From NCBI GenBank assembly GCA_963169295.1, contig CAUJDD010000104.1, positions 1,085-65,084 of the forward strand: a DNA stretch of 64,000 nt, in the 5' to 3' direction. Below the pieces are notes generated by a model. That model did not search any database. It was not told the origin of the DNA and worked only from the letters and a program-made list of their open reading frames with translations. This DNA comes from Bacteroidota bacterium. Lineage in GTDB: Bacteria; Bacteroidota; Bacteroidia; B-17B0; Aurantibacillaceae. Shown here piece by piece: positions 11,921 to 22,049 of the stretch. Every line of letters begins with the position of its first letter. Positions within the stretch are counted from its first letter, which is position 1. Both the position numbers and the translations under genes were made by a program.

Positions 11921-11975
11921 TTCTTTTGCCTATAATTGCGCTTATATCTTATCTTTGTGCTTCATTTTATGAGTT

Positions 11976-14900
11976 ATGGAGTATCATTTTAAAGAGATAG
12001 AAAAAACTTGGCAAGCATATTGGGCCAATCAAAAAACATTTGCTGCAAAAGATGGTGGAGATAAACCTAAGTATTATGTATTGGATATGTTTCCGTATCC
12101 ATCTGGTGCTGGTTTACACGTTGGGCATCCTTTAGGTTATATAGCCTCTGATATTGTTGCTCGTTACAAACGACACAAAGGATTTAATGTATTGCATCCA
12201 ATGGGTTATGATAGTTTTGGTTTGCCAGCCGAACAATATGCTATACAAACAGGGCAACATCCTAAAATAACTACCGAACAAAATATTGCTCGCTACCGCG
12301 AGCAAATGGATAAAATTGGTTTCTCTTTTGATTGGGACAGAGAAGTTAGAACATCTGATCCAGAATATTACAAATGGACTCAATGGATTTTTATTCAATT
12401 ATTTAATTCGTGGTATAATAAACAAACTAATAAGGCCGAATCTATTGATACGCTCATTCATATTTTTGAAACTAAAGGCTTTGATTGTAAACTAGACGAT
12501 ACATTAACTGGTGATATTGAACATGATTTACCAGCTTTTACAGCTGAGGGGTGGAAACAATTTAGTGAAAAACAAAAAAGCGATATCTTAATGAACTTTC
12601 GCTTAGCCTACTTAGGAGAAGCTTTTGTTAATTGGTGCCCAATATTAGGAACTGTATTAGCAAATGATGAAGTAAAAGATGGTGTGAGTGAACGTGGTGG
12701 TCATCCCGTAGAACGTAAATTGATGAAACAATGGAGCATGAGAATTACAGCTTATGCACAACGTTTATTAGACGATTTAAATAAAATTGATTGGACAGAA
12801 AGTTTAAAAGAAGCACAACGTAATTGGATTGGCAAAAGCGAAGGATGTAGTCTTAAATTTAAAATACAAAACTCTACTGAAACCATTGAAGTATTTACAA
12901 CCCGACCTGATACAATATTTGGTGTTTCGTTTGTAACAATTGCTCCAGAACATGAATTAGTAGATAAAATAACTACTGCTCAACAAAAAAAATTAGTTGA
13001 TGATTATGTAACAAAAGCTAAAAACAGAAGCGAGAGAGAACGACAAGCAGATGTTACAAAAATTACAGGTGTATTTACGGGTGCTTATGTGTTACATCCT
13101 TTTACTGGTAAACAAATTCCAGTGTGGGTTGGCGATTATGTATTGGCGGGTTATGGAACTGGCGCAGTAATGGCCGTTCCTGCACATGATGAAAGAGATT
13201 ATCGTTTTGCTAAACATTTTTCATTACCAATCACTCAAGTTATTGAGCCAAGCGTTTCACACGATTTTGAAAAAGATGCTTGGGGCGAAAAAGATGGCGT
13301 GTTAATTAATTCCGATTTCTTAAACACACTGCCTGTAAAACAAGCTATAAAGCGTGCCATCGAAGAAATTGAGAACAGAGGATTTGGAAAAGGTAAAATA
13401 AATTACCGTTTGCGTGATGCAGTATTTGGACGACAAAGATATTGGGGTGAACCAATTCCTGTATATTACAAGAATGATATTCCTTATGTTTTAAATGAAA
13501 CCGAATTGCCTTTAATATTACCCGAAGTAGATAAATACTTGCCGACAGAAGATGGTGAACCACCATTAGCAAGAGCCAGTTCATTTAAAAAAGATGGTGA
13601 GTTTAATTACGAGTTTTCTACTATGCCAGGATGGGCTGGTAGTTCGTGGTATTTTTTAAGATACATGGATCCTAAAAACACCAAACAATTTGTAGATAAA
13701 GAACTAGCAAATTATTGGCAAAATATTGATTTATATATTGGTGGTAGCGAACATGCTACTGGGCATTTACTATATGTACGCTTTTGGACAAAATTTTTAA
13801 AAGATAGAGGCTACATTCCAGTGGATGAACCTGCCAATAAATTAATAAATCAAGGTATGATACAAGGCAGAAGCAATGTTGTGTATAAGGTTATTGGAGT
13901 CTGGGGCGGAAGTAATCTTACTGAAGAAGAATCAGAAGAAATAAGTAACGTTATTTGGAAACTACCTGAATTATTTATTTCAAAAGGTCATTACGATGTG
14001 ATTACTAAACACAATAACTTAGTTGAATCTAATGCCCCAATAGATGAAGAGTTGCGTAACAAATACAATTATATATCAAATGAAATAGTAAAAAAACAAG
14101 TAGAATATTATAAATCGGCTAAAAGTAAAATACCAAAGGGTGATTTTTGGTTCAGTCTAGGCATAAATTCTTTAGTAACACAAAATGTAGATGTTAACAT
14201 TGTTCAAAATGATATCCTAACCATTGAGGCGTTTAGAAAATGGAGAAAATATTATGAAAATGCTGAATTTATTTTAGAAGATGGGAAATATATCTGTGGA
14301 GTAATAGATAACGAAAAAATGTCTAAATCAAAATACAATGTTGTTACTCCCGATTCTATTTGTGAAAAATTTGGAGCTGATACCTTGCGCTTATATGAAA
14401 TGTTTTTAGGACCATTAGAACAAAGTAAACCTTGGAACACAAATGGTATAACGGGCGTACACGGATTCTTAAAAAAATTATGGCGCTTGTTTTATCAAAC
14501 TGGAAGTTTTAATGTATCTGATGAGGCAGCTACTAAAGCCGAGTTAAAAGTTTTACATAAAACCATTAAAAAAGTAATTGAAGATATAGAACGTTTTTCA
14601 TTCAACACCTCAGTAAGTACATTTATGATTTGTGTTAATGAGCTTTCTGATTTGAAATGTAATAAGCGTAACATCTTGGAGCCGCTATTAATCTGTTTAT
14701 CGCCTTATGCACCACATATAGCCGAAGAACTTTGGAAACAATTAGGTCATACAAACACCATTACTTTTGAACCTTTTCCTGAGTGCAATGAGTCTTACTT
14801 GGTTGATGATTCGTTTAGCTATCCCATTTCATTTAATGGAAAAACACGTTTTAATTTAGAATTAGCAGCTACATTAAGTCCACACGAAATTGAAGCTTTA

Positions 14901-14996
14901 GTGTTGGCACACGAAAACACTATTAAATACCTCGACGGAAAGCCAATTAAGAAAGTAATTGTAGTGCCTAAAAAAATTGTGAATGTGGTACTTTAA
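11976..14996 (+). CDS. leuS: Leucine--tRNA ligase
   Basis: HVGHPLGY (HIGH motif), KMSKSKYN (KMSKS motif) and a CP1 editing domain block (TTRPDTIFG) are all present. At 1006 aa it is long because of an enlarged region before KMSKS. Confidence 0.97.
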   Translation: MEYHFKEIEKTWQAYWANQKTFAAKDGGDKPKYYVLDMFPYPSGAGLHVGHPLGYIASDIVARYKRHKGFNVLHPMGYDSFGLPAEQYAIQTGQHPKITTEQNIARYREQMDKIGFSFDWDREVRTSDPEYYKWTQWIFIQLFNSWYNKQTNKAESIDTLIHIFETKGFDCKLDDTLTGDIEHDLPAFTAEGWKQFSEKQKSDILMNFRLAYLGEAFVNWCPILGTVLANDEVKDGVSERGGHPVERKLMKQWSMRITAYAQRLLDDLNKIDWTESLKEAQRNWIGKSEGCSLKFKIQNSTETIEVFTTRPDTIFGVSFVTIAPEHELVDKITTAQQKKLVDDYVTKAKNRSERERQADVTKITGVFTGAYVLHPFTGKQIPVWVGDYVLAGYGTGAVMAVPAHDERDYRFAKHFSLPITQVIEPSVSHDFEKDAWGEKDGVLINSDFLNTLPVKQAIKRAIEEIENRGFGKGKINYRLRDAVFGRQRYWGEPIPVYYKNDIPYVLNETELPLILPEVDKYLPTEDGEPPLARASSFKKDGEFNYEFSTMPGWAGSSWYFLRYMDPKNTKQFVDKELANYWQNIDLYIGGSEHATGHLLYVRFWTKFLKDRGYIPVDEPANKLINQGMIQGRSNVVYKVIGVWGGSNLTEEESEEISNVIWKLPELFISKGHYDVITKHNNLVESNAPIDEELRNKYNYISNEIVKKQVEYYKSAKSKIPKGDFWFSLGINSLVTQNVDVNIVQNDILTIEAFRKWRKYYENAEFILEDGKYICGVIDNEKMSKSKYNVVTPDSICEKFGADTLRLYEMFLGPLEQSKPWNTNGITGVHGFLKKLWRLFYQTGSFNVSDEAATKAELKVLHKTIKKVIEDIERFSFNTSVSTFMICVNELSDLKCNKRNILEPLLICLSPYAPHIAEELWKQLGHTNTITFEPFPECNESYLVDDSFSYPISFNGKTRFNLELAATLSPHEIEALVLAHENTIKYLDGKPIKKVIVVPKKIVNVVL

Positions 14997-15052
14997 TATT
15001 TTTAGAGAAATTATTTTTTTATCGAAATTTTAATTACTTTCATAGTGTAAAA

Positions 15053-16288
15053 ATGCTTTTTGATAGGTTTATAAATCTAGGTATAGATAGCCAAACGGAA
15101 TTCTATCTTCGGAGAGAAGCTAAGATTATTAACCTGTTTTCTTATCTGTGTTTGGCTGGATTGTTTGTGGGCATTTCTACCAATTTTTTTATAAGTGGCG
15201 ATTATGCTTTAAGCTCTGTTACTTTTTTAACCATTGCTTCTCTATTATGTTTATTACTTAACTATAAGCATTACTATAACCTTGCTACTTATTTTTTTGT
15301 TATCTCTATTAATCTTGAGTTATTTATTTTATGTCAGCAATATATTCATACGGCTGGCTGTTACTTATATTATTTTCCTGTTATATTTTGTATAGTATCA
15401 ATTCATAATCCCAAATTACCAAAGTCACGTACGATTATTTTCTTATTTATTACCTTATTAAGTTTCATTTTAATCTGGTTTGTGAATATTCCAAGTCTTA
15501 GAATAGCAAACATAACTAAAAATGATAATGCTATTTTATTAATTTATAATAGCTTTCTATCTTTTATAATTACTATTGTTTTAGTTTATATTATAGTAAA
15601 ACTCATTAACAAACAAACCAAGGAATCAGATGAGTTATTGCAAAAGGAGCAAGAAGCACAGCAAAAAAATACCCAAGCTCTAAAAGAAAAAGAAGTATTA
15701 TTAGCCGAAATACAACATCGAGTTAAAAATAATTTAGCGATTATTACAGGTTTGTTAAGCCTTCAATCAGAGAAAGCTCCATGCGAGGAATCTAAACAGC
15801 TTATGATTGAATCAAGAAATAGAGTGATGAGTATTTCTATGGTACACGACCGATTATATAGAAAGAGTGATTTATCTAAAATTGATTTAAAATTATACAT
15901 CTCTGAACTCTCTAAAGAACTTATAAAAAGTTTCTCTAAAAACTCATTACCCATTCAAATACAAGAAGATATTGAAGCACTTGAATTTGAATTAACCAAA
16001 GCGGTACCAATAGGTTTAATTGTTAATGAAGCAATTACGAACTCCCTGAAACATGCTTTTACGGATGCTTCTGTATCGCCCACTATTTATATAAAATTAA
16101 GACTTGTATTTGATAAGATACATCTTTGTATTGCTGATAACGGCAAAGGTTTCCAAAATATAGAAAACAAATTAGATACATCTTTAGGGCTTTCGCTTAT
16201 TGAATCTTTAGCCGACCAAATAGACGCAACCGTTTCATTTAGAAATGAAATTGGTGCATGCGTTAGTTTAGTATTTCACATCAACTAA
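15053..16288 (+). CDS. Membrane sensor histidine kinase (HisKA_2/HWE-like), orphan
   Basis: The N-terminus has about 6 TM helices. The H-box is EIQHRVKNNLAIITGLLSLQ, and the HATPase N/G boxes are NEAITNSLKHAF and DNGKGF. Confidence 0.85.
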   Translation: MLFDRFINLGIDSQTEFYLRREAKIINLFSYLCLAGLFVGISTNFFISGDYALSSVTFLTIASLLCLLLNYKHYYNLATYFFVISINLELFILCQQYIHTAGCYLYYFPVIFCIVSIHNPKLPKSRTIIFLFITLLSFILIWFVNIPSLRIANITKNDNAILLIYNSFLSFIITIVLVYIIVKLINKQTKESDELLQKEQEAQQKNTQALKEKEVLLAEIQHRVKNNLAIITGLLSLQSEKAPCEESKQLMIESRNRVMSISMVHDRLYRKSDLSKIDLKLYISELSKELIKSFSKNSLPIQIQEDIEALEFELTKAVPIGLIVNEAITNSLKHAFTDASVSPTIYIKLRLVFDKIHLCIADNGKGFQNIENKLDTSLGLSLIESLADQIDATVSFRNEIGACVSLVFHIN

Positions 16289-17694
16289 TGTTTTATAAAC
16301 TTCGTTGATATTGTATTCTCAGGATCTTCTATTGAAATAAAATATAATCCTGATTCATAATTACTAATGTCCAATTTAAAAGAATCGGTGTCTGATTTAG
16401 CCGAGTAAATAACCTTTCCCAATACATTGGTAATAGTTACTTTACTATTTTCCTTAATATTCGATAAATTCGAGAATAACTTAACATTCAAGATGTCATT
16501 TGTTGGATTCGGAAAAACCTTTACCGTACGAGTAGTTTTATTCTCGTGAATAGAAGTAACCTGATTAGCAATTTTGTATATAGTTCCTTTCCCAAAAGTT
16601 CCTCCAAGTGTAGTCATCCCATATAAATCACCACCTACTAAAATTAATGATCCATTCGGATTCTGACCATTTGTACCATTAAAGTCTGCTAATTTACTGA
16701 ATGAAGTGCCATCATTCTTAACTTTAAATACACAGCCCTTACTATTTGCTCCGCCCTCATTAGTAACGCCATATAAATAAGTTCCATCTGTAATTAATGA
16801 ATTTTGTGCAAAAGTATTATAGTTATTTAAGCTCCCATTTACCCCTTTAAATTTAACTATCGTGTCAAATCCAGTGCCATCATGTTTTATCTTATAAACA
16901 CAATTTACCGCCATACCATAAAAATTAGTTCCATCACTTAAAAGCGAACCATGAGGATTTGAATAAGACAATGTATTATAAAATTCAAAAACATTATTAT
17001 AATCGGTGCCATCTGTTTTAATTTTAAAAATAGTTCCCCAATTATTAGAACCTCCGCCTTCTGTTACTCCATATAAATAGGTGCTATCAGTTATCAATGT
17101 GCCAAGTGGATATTGACCATTTGGAAAACTAAAGTCAAACAAATTAGTATAATTATTTCCATCTGTGTCTATCTTAAAAACAACATCTTTACTTCCGGTC
17201 ATACCATATAAAGTTTGACCGATTAATATTAAATCACCACCATTGGGCATAGCCCCATTTATATTATCACCTGAGTTTGTACCATCAAATTCGTATAATA
17301 CAGAAAACCCCGTACCATCAGGTTTAATTCTAAAAATTACTCCGTTATCTGGAATAGACGGATGAACAAATGCAACCCCTCCATTTCTGGTCATACCATA
17401 AAGATATGTTCCATCTGAAACTAATGAACCATAAGGATACGCGCCTGTGTTTCCATCAAAATCATATAAATTCACATAACCTGTTCCATCTAATTTTATT
17501 TTAAACACATTTCCTTTAGCGTTTACACCTCCTGATTGAGTTAATCCGTACAAATAAACACCGTCTGAAATAGGAGTTCCATAGGGGTTTGATCCAGTAT
17601 TAGTTCCAACAAAATGATAAATTGTGCTTAACTGTGCATAACTTAAAAAGTGTACTCCTATGACTAATAAAATAATTACAATTTTTTTATTCAT
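16285..17694 (-). CDS. Secreted tandem-repeat (GloVer-type beta-propeller-like) protein with a type-A T9SS C-terminal domain
   Basis: Has a signal peptide. About 7-8 repeats follow the pattern G..P.GSL..DG..LYG.T..GG....G.IFKIK.DGT....L.(D/E)F. The C-terminus VKVFPNPTNDILNVKL...GLYFISIEDPENTISTKFIKH fits a T9SS CTD. Confidence 0.8.
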   Translation of the reverse strand: MNKKIVIILLVIGVHFLSYAQLSTIYHFVGTNTGSNPYGTPISDGVYLYGLTQSGGVNAKGNVFKIKLDGTGYVNLYDFDGNTGAYPYGSLVSDGTYLYGMTRNGGVAFVHPSIPDNGVIFRIKPDGTGFSVLYEFDGTNSGDNINGAMPNGGDLILIGQTLYGMTGSKDVVFKIDTDGNNYTNLFDFSFPNGQYPLGTLITDSTYLYGVTEGGGSNNWGTIFKIKTDGTDYNNVFEFYNTLSYSNPHGSLLSDGTNFYGMAVNCVYKIKHDGTGFDTIVKFKGVNGSLNNYNTFAQNSLITDGTYLYGVTNEGGANSKGCVFKVKNDGTSFSKLADFNGTNGQNPNGSLILVGGDLYGMTTLGGTFGKGTIYKIANQVTSIHENKTTRTVKVFPNPTNDILNVKLFSNLSNIKENSKVTITNVLGKVIYSAKSDTDSFKLDISNYESGLYFISIEDPENTISTKFIKH

Positions 17695-17822
17695 AATACA
17701 TTAACTTATAAAATATTAAAGTTAAAATAAAGTAATTTAAACTCAACTACCCAATACTGGGTATTCTTTATAAAATTAATAATTTTCAGTAATTTCAACG
17801 CTTAAAACTAACTAGTCTAATT

Positions 17823-19856
17823 ATGAATTTAAAAGATTTTCAACAACATATATTAAATGGTATTCCAGCAGAATTACCTCAAGCAAAAGTTTATGAATCT
17901 ACAATAAATCATGCGCCAAAACGTAAAGATATTTTAAGTGTTGAAGAAAAAAAATTGGCTATTACAAATGCGCTTCGCTACTTTGATGAAAAACATCATA
18001 CTGTTTTAGCTAAAGAATTTGCTGAGGAACTAAAAACTTATGGACGAATTTACATGTATCGTTTTCGTCCTGATTATAAAATTTATGCTCGTCCTATTTT
18101 AGATTACCCCCATAAAAGTTTGCAAGCTGCGGCAATTATGCACATGCTAAGCAATAATTTAGATTATGCTGTTGCGCAGCACCCTCACGAATTAATTACC
18201 TATGGAGGAAACGGCGCTGTGTTTCAAAATTGGGCACAATACCTGTTAACTATGCAATATTTAGCTACTATGACTGATGAGCAAACGCTCGTGTTATATA
18301 GCGGGCACCCAATGGGATTGTTTCCTTCACATAAAGACGCGCCCCGTGTAGTGGTTACAAATGGTATGATGATTCCTAATTATAGTAAGCCAGATGATTG
18401 GGAAAAATACAATGCCCTAGGTGTAACTCAATATGGGCAAATGACAGCAGGTTCTTTTATGTATATTGGTCCACAAGGTATTGTGCATGGCACCACTATC
18501 ACTGTTATGAATGCAGCTAGAAAAGTTTCAAGCTCCGAAGAAGATAGAAAAGGAAAACTATTTGTTACTTGTGGTTTAGGTGGCATGAGCGGCGCACAAC
18601 CTAAAGCTGCAAAAATAGCAGGGTTAGTTTCTATCACTGCCGAAATAAATCCTAAAGCTGTTCAAACACGATTCTCGCAAAAATGGGTAGATGAAGTGTT
18701 TGAAAATTTAGACATCTTAATTCCTCGGGTTAAAGAGGCACAGAAAAACAAAGAAGCAATATCGTTTGCATATCAAGGCAATGTTGTTGATTTATGGGAA
18801 CGCCTTGTAAAAGAAGGAATGAAAGTAGATGTTGGCTCCGACCAGTCATCATTACATAATCCGTGGGCAGGTGGTTATTATCCTGTGGGTTTATCACTAG
18901 ATGAAAGTAATCACTTAATGGCAACTAATCCTTCAAAATTTAAAGAAGCAGTACAAGAAACGTTAGTAAGGCATGTTAAGGCAATTAATGCTTTAACAAA
19001 ACAAGGCATGTATTTCTTTGATTATGGTAACGCTTTTTTACTCGAAGCAGGAAGAGCTGGAGCTGATATTTATAAAACTGAAAAACCAATAAAGGGTGGT
19101 CATGTAGGTGCTACTTTCAAATACAATTCGTATGTACAAGATATTTTAGGCCCTATGTGTTTTGATTACGGTTTTGGTCCGTTTCGTTGGGTGTGTACAA
19201 GCGCCAATGCAAACGATTTACAAAAAACAGATGAAATTGCTTTAATGGTTTTAGAAGAAATTTATAAAACCGCGCCACAAGAAATAAAACCTCAACTAAG
19301 TGATAATATTGTGTGGATTAGAGATGCCATGAAAAATAATTTAGTAGTTGGTTCACAAGCACGTATCTTATATGCCGATAGCGAAGGGCGTATAAAAATT
19401 GCAGAAGCTATTAATAAAGCCATTGCAAATGGAGAAATTTCTGCCCCTGTAGTTTTAGGGCGCGACCATCATGATGTAAGTGGCACCGACTCTCCATACC
19501 GTGAAACTTCTAATATTTATGATGGATCAAAGTTTACAGCGGATATGGCTGTTCAAAATTTTGTAGGCGACTCATTTAGAGGAGCAACTTGGATAAGTTT
19601 ACATAACGGAGGTGGTGTAGGTTGGGGTGAAGTTATTAATGGTGGATTTGGAATGGTACTAGATGGCACTGCCGATAGTGATAGAAAACTAAAATCAATG
19701 TTGTTTTGGGATGTAAACAATGGTATAGCACGTAGGGCTTGGGCCAGAAATAAAGAAGCCCGTTTTGCCATTGAAAGAGAAATGCAACGCTCACCCAATT
19801 TAAAAGTTACTTTAGCTAATTTAGTAAATGACTCAGTTTTGAATGATTTATTTTAA
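17823..19856 (+). CDS. hutU: Urocanate hydratase (long form)
   Basis: Urocanase-like blocks such as HELITYGGNGAVFQNW, TCGLGGMSGAQPKA and RDHHDVSGTDSPYRETSN are present. Length is 677 aa. Confidence 0.93.
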   Translation: MNLKDFQQHILNGIPAELPQAKVYESTINHAPKRKDILSVEEKKLAITNALRYFDEKHHTVLAKEFAEELKTYGRIYMYRFRPDYKIYARPILDYPHKSLQAAAIMHMLSNNLDYAVAQHPHELITYGGNGAVFQNWAQYLLTMQYLATMTDEQTLVLYSGHPMGLFPSHKDAPRVVVTNGMMIPNYSKPDDWEKYNALGVTQYGQMTAGSFMYIGPQGIVHGTTITVMNAARKVSSSEEDRKGKLFVTCGLGGMSGAQPKAAKIAGLVSITAEINPKAVQTRFSQKWVDEVFENLDILIPRVKEAQKNKEAISFAYQGNVVDLWERLVKEGMKVDVGSDQSSLHNPWAGGYYPVGLSLDESNHLMATNPSKFKEAVQETLVRHVKAINALTKQGMYFFDYGNAFLLEAGRAGADIYKTEKPIKGGHVGATFKYNSYVQDILGPMCFDYGFGPFRWVCTSANANDLQKTDEIALMVLEEIYKTAPQEIKPQLSDNIVWIRDAMKNNLVVGSQARILYADSEGRIKIAEAINKAIANGEISAPVVLGRDHHDVSGTDSPYRETSNIYDGSKFTADMAVQNFVGDSFRGATWISLHNGGGVGWGEVINGGFGMVLDGTADSDRKLKSMLFWDVNNGIARRAWARNKEARFAIEREMQRSPNLKVTLANLVNDSVLNDLF

Positions 19857-19860
19857 CTAT

Positions 19861-20898
19861 TCATCTTAAAACAGGTTTTTTTAAAATTAAGTCGTAATGC
19901 TTTTCTAATTCTCGTATCTCGAGTATCTCTGCTAGCTTTCCAACTTGTTTAATTCTATCTTCTTTAAATACGAATTTATCTTCTTGTGAATTATAACTAT
20001 GATTTAGATTAGCAATTTTAATAAATATGATTCCGTTTTCCTTTAGTTTATCTAAGGCTTTTCGTATTGCTTCATTCTGTTTTTCATAGTCATAAAAATG
20101 CAACACATTAGAAAAAATAATTAAGTTAAACCGTTTCTGTGTAGTTTCAATATATTCAAACCCATCTTGTATAATAAGATTTATTTTGCCTAAATTGAAA
20201 TACAGATCTTCAGGTTCTTTATTATCAATTGCAATTATCTCACCTATTCTATCTTTTAAAGACTCCTGAATATTATTTATAAAACACATCTCACCAGTTC
20301 CAAAATCAAGGATTGATAGATTATCCGTATTCCTTATATATTTTTTAATAAAACAAATCTCATCTTGATAGGATATTTCGCTTACCGATAACTTCATCAT
20401 TAAATCTACTTGTTCATCTTCGCCTAAATTAAATTTATGACTATCAAATTCTATGAATCCATTTTTTTCATAAAAATTTATTGCTCGTTTATTCTTTTCC
20501 CATACGCCTAACCAAATAAAGTTACTATTTCTTTTTCTAGCAATTGTAATTGCATGTGAAAGCAACGTCTGGCCAACACACTTACCGTGAAAATCCTTTA
20601 ATACGTATATTCGTTCTATCTCAATAGCGTCATCATTCATTAATTCAGTTTGCGAATTTCCAAAATTCAATTTTAGATATCCTATAGGCTTAGTGTCATA
20701 TAGCGCAAAATAAAATTCAGAATTGCAATTTTTAAGTTCTTTAGAGAGTTTATCTATGGAAAAGTTTTCAGTTAAATACTGTATCATATTTTCTTCAGAA
20801 TTTTCGTTCGAAAAAGTTTCTGAAAAAGTCTCTACAGCAATCTCTCTTAATCTATTCGCATCACTTATTTCTACTTTTTGTATTCTAAGCTGTATCAT
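19861..20898 (-). CDS. Fusion protein: N-terminal GNAT N-acetyltransferase plus C-terminal class I SAM-dependent methyltransferase
   Basis: The GNAT motif A region is IYVLKDFHGKCVGQTLLSHAI...INFYEKNGF. The methyltransferase motif I is ILDFGTGEMCF, followed by IIAIDN and NLIIFSNVLHF. Confidence 0.75.
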   Translation of the reverse strand: MIQLRIQKVEISDANRLREIAVETFSETFSNENSEENMIQYLTENFSIDKLSKELKNCNSEFYFALYDTKPIGYLKLNFGNSQTELMNDDAIEIERIYVLKDFHGKCVGQTLLSHAITIARKRNSNFIWLGVWEKNKRAINFYEKNGFIEFDSHKFNLGEDEQVDLMMKLSVSEISYQDEICFIKKYIRNTDNLSILDFGTGEMCFINNIQESLKDRIGEIIAIDNKEPEDLYFNLGKINLIIQDGFEYIETTQKRFNLIIFSNVLHFYDYEKQNEAIRKALDKLKENGIIFIKIANLNHSYNSQEDKFVFKEDRIKQVGKLAEILEIRELEKHYDLILKKPVLR

Positions 20899-21146
20899 TA
20901 AACAAATTAATTAATAATTTATTACTATTTTAAATTTAAAGATTATCCTTGAATTATTTTAATTTTTTGACTAAGGTCAAAAAATAATATACAATTAGCC
21001 TTTACATTTGGAACATGAAACTACTACTACAAAACATTCGCTTAGCTTATCAATGGATAGTTCTATTTGGTAACATCAAATTTTCATAGAAAATTATTTG
21101 ATGGTTTCTTTATTTTAAACAGTGAAATTACTTTAAAAGTAAGGCT

Positions 21147-22034
21147 CTACCCTATTTTTAATGATGTCATTGTTAATGAACCTGCCATAGCTTTATCATT
21201 AAAAAGTTGTAATGTGTCTTTTTGGGTTTGTAATGCTAAAGTATAAATAAGTGGTATGTAATGCTCAGGGCTTGGTATTGATAAATCAAAGGCCTTGCCT
21301 TGTTTTTTATAATCAATTAATGCTTGATGGTTATGAGACTGAATGTATGATTTGATTTTTTCACTTGCTTCTAAAGCCCAATCGTAAGCATAATTTTCAA
21401 CTTGTAATTTATCCCAGGCTAGCATCGATAAATTATGTACAATGTTTCCACTTCCTATAATTAACACTCCTTTATTTCTTAATACAAGAAGCTCTTTTGA
21501 AAGTTGGTAATGATAGCTAGCATCTTTGCTGTAATCTATGCTCATCTGAATAACTGGAACATCCGCTTGAGGGTACAAATGTTTTACAACAGTCCATGCG
21601 CCATGATCTAAGCCCCATTTATCATCTAACCCAACCGAAGTGGTATGTAGCGTATTCTTTATTTCATTAGCTAATTCGGGGCTTCCTGGCGCAGGATACT
21701 GCACATCAAATAAAGCCTTAGGAAATCCACCAAAATCATGAATAGTGCGTGGATGTTCCATTGCTGTTACAAAGGTTCCTTTTGTTTCCCAGTGCGCCGA
21801 AACAACCAAAATGACTTTTGGTTTTGGAATTGTTTTCCCAATTTCTCTAAATCCTCTTACAAATTCATTCTCTTCTATAGCATTCATTGGGCTGCCATGC
21901 CCCAAAAACAAAACTGGCATCATTTCTGAAACAATTGGTAAGTTATTACTTAAAGTATTTAATGAATTTAGTTTCATAGCATAATATGATAGTGGTGATA
22001 CACAAAGTAGTTTTAAAAAATCAGAACGAGTCAT
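21147..22034 (-). CDS. ygiD: 4,5-DOPA dioxygenase extradiol-like (YgiD family, class III extradiol dioxygenase)
   Basis: PVLFLGHGSPMNA, VVSAHWET and GSGNIVHNL motifs are present. The start may instead be the MM at about 21923, because the 37-aa N-terminal extension is not typical of the family. Confidence 0.8.
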   Translation of the reverse strand: MTRSDFLKLLCVSPLSYYAMKLNSLNTLSNNLPIVSEMMPVLFLGHGSPMNAIEENEFVRGFREIGKTIPKPKVILVVSAHWETKGTFVTAMEHPRTIHDFGGFPKALFDVQYPAPGSPELANEIKNTLHTTSVGLDDKWGLDHGAWTVVKHLYPQADVPVIQMSIDYSKDASYHYQLSKELLVLRNKGVLIIGSGNIVHNLSMLAWDKLQVENYAYDWALEASEKIKSYIQSHNHQALIDYKKQGKAFDLSIPSPEHYIPLIYTLALQTQKDTLQLFNDKAMAGSLTMTSLKIG

Positions 22035-22049
22035 GATTGTCTTTAATGG

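Noticed and set aside
17823-19856. hutU without adjacent hutH, hutI or hutG genes, considered as an anomaly
   Set aside because: Scattered hut genes are common, and nothing in the sequence itself is unusual. This cannot be judged without the rest of the genome.
20963-20984. The palindrome TTTTTTGAC-TAAG-GTCAAAAAA, considered as a bidirectional terminator
   Set aside because: The stem is almost entirely A/T (only GAC/GTC) and lies about 160 nt from the ygiD-like stop. It is too weak to call as a terminator.
21015-21089. A tiny 24-codon ORF (MKLLLQNIRLAYQWIVLFGNIKFS) in the 248-bp gap between the GNAT-methyltransferase and ygiD-like genes
   Set aside because: It is too short, has no supporting signal and is on the opposite strand to both neighbours. 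I cannot distinguish it from chance.
21924-22034. The N-terminal 37-aa extension of the YgiD-like protein (MTRSDFLKLL...), considered as a Tat signal peptide
   Set aside because: It has only a single Arg, no clear hydrophobic h-region and no cleavage site. It is more likely an over-extended start call, with the family-typical start being MMPVLFLGHGSP at about 21923.
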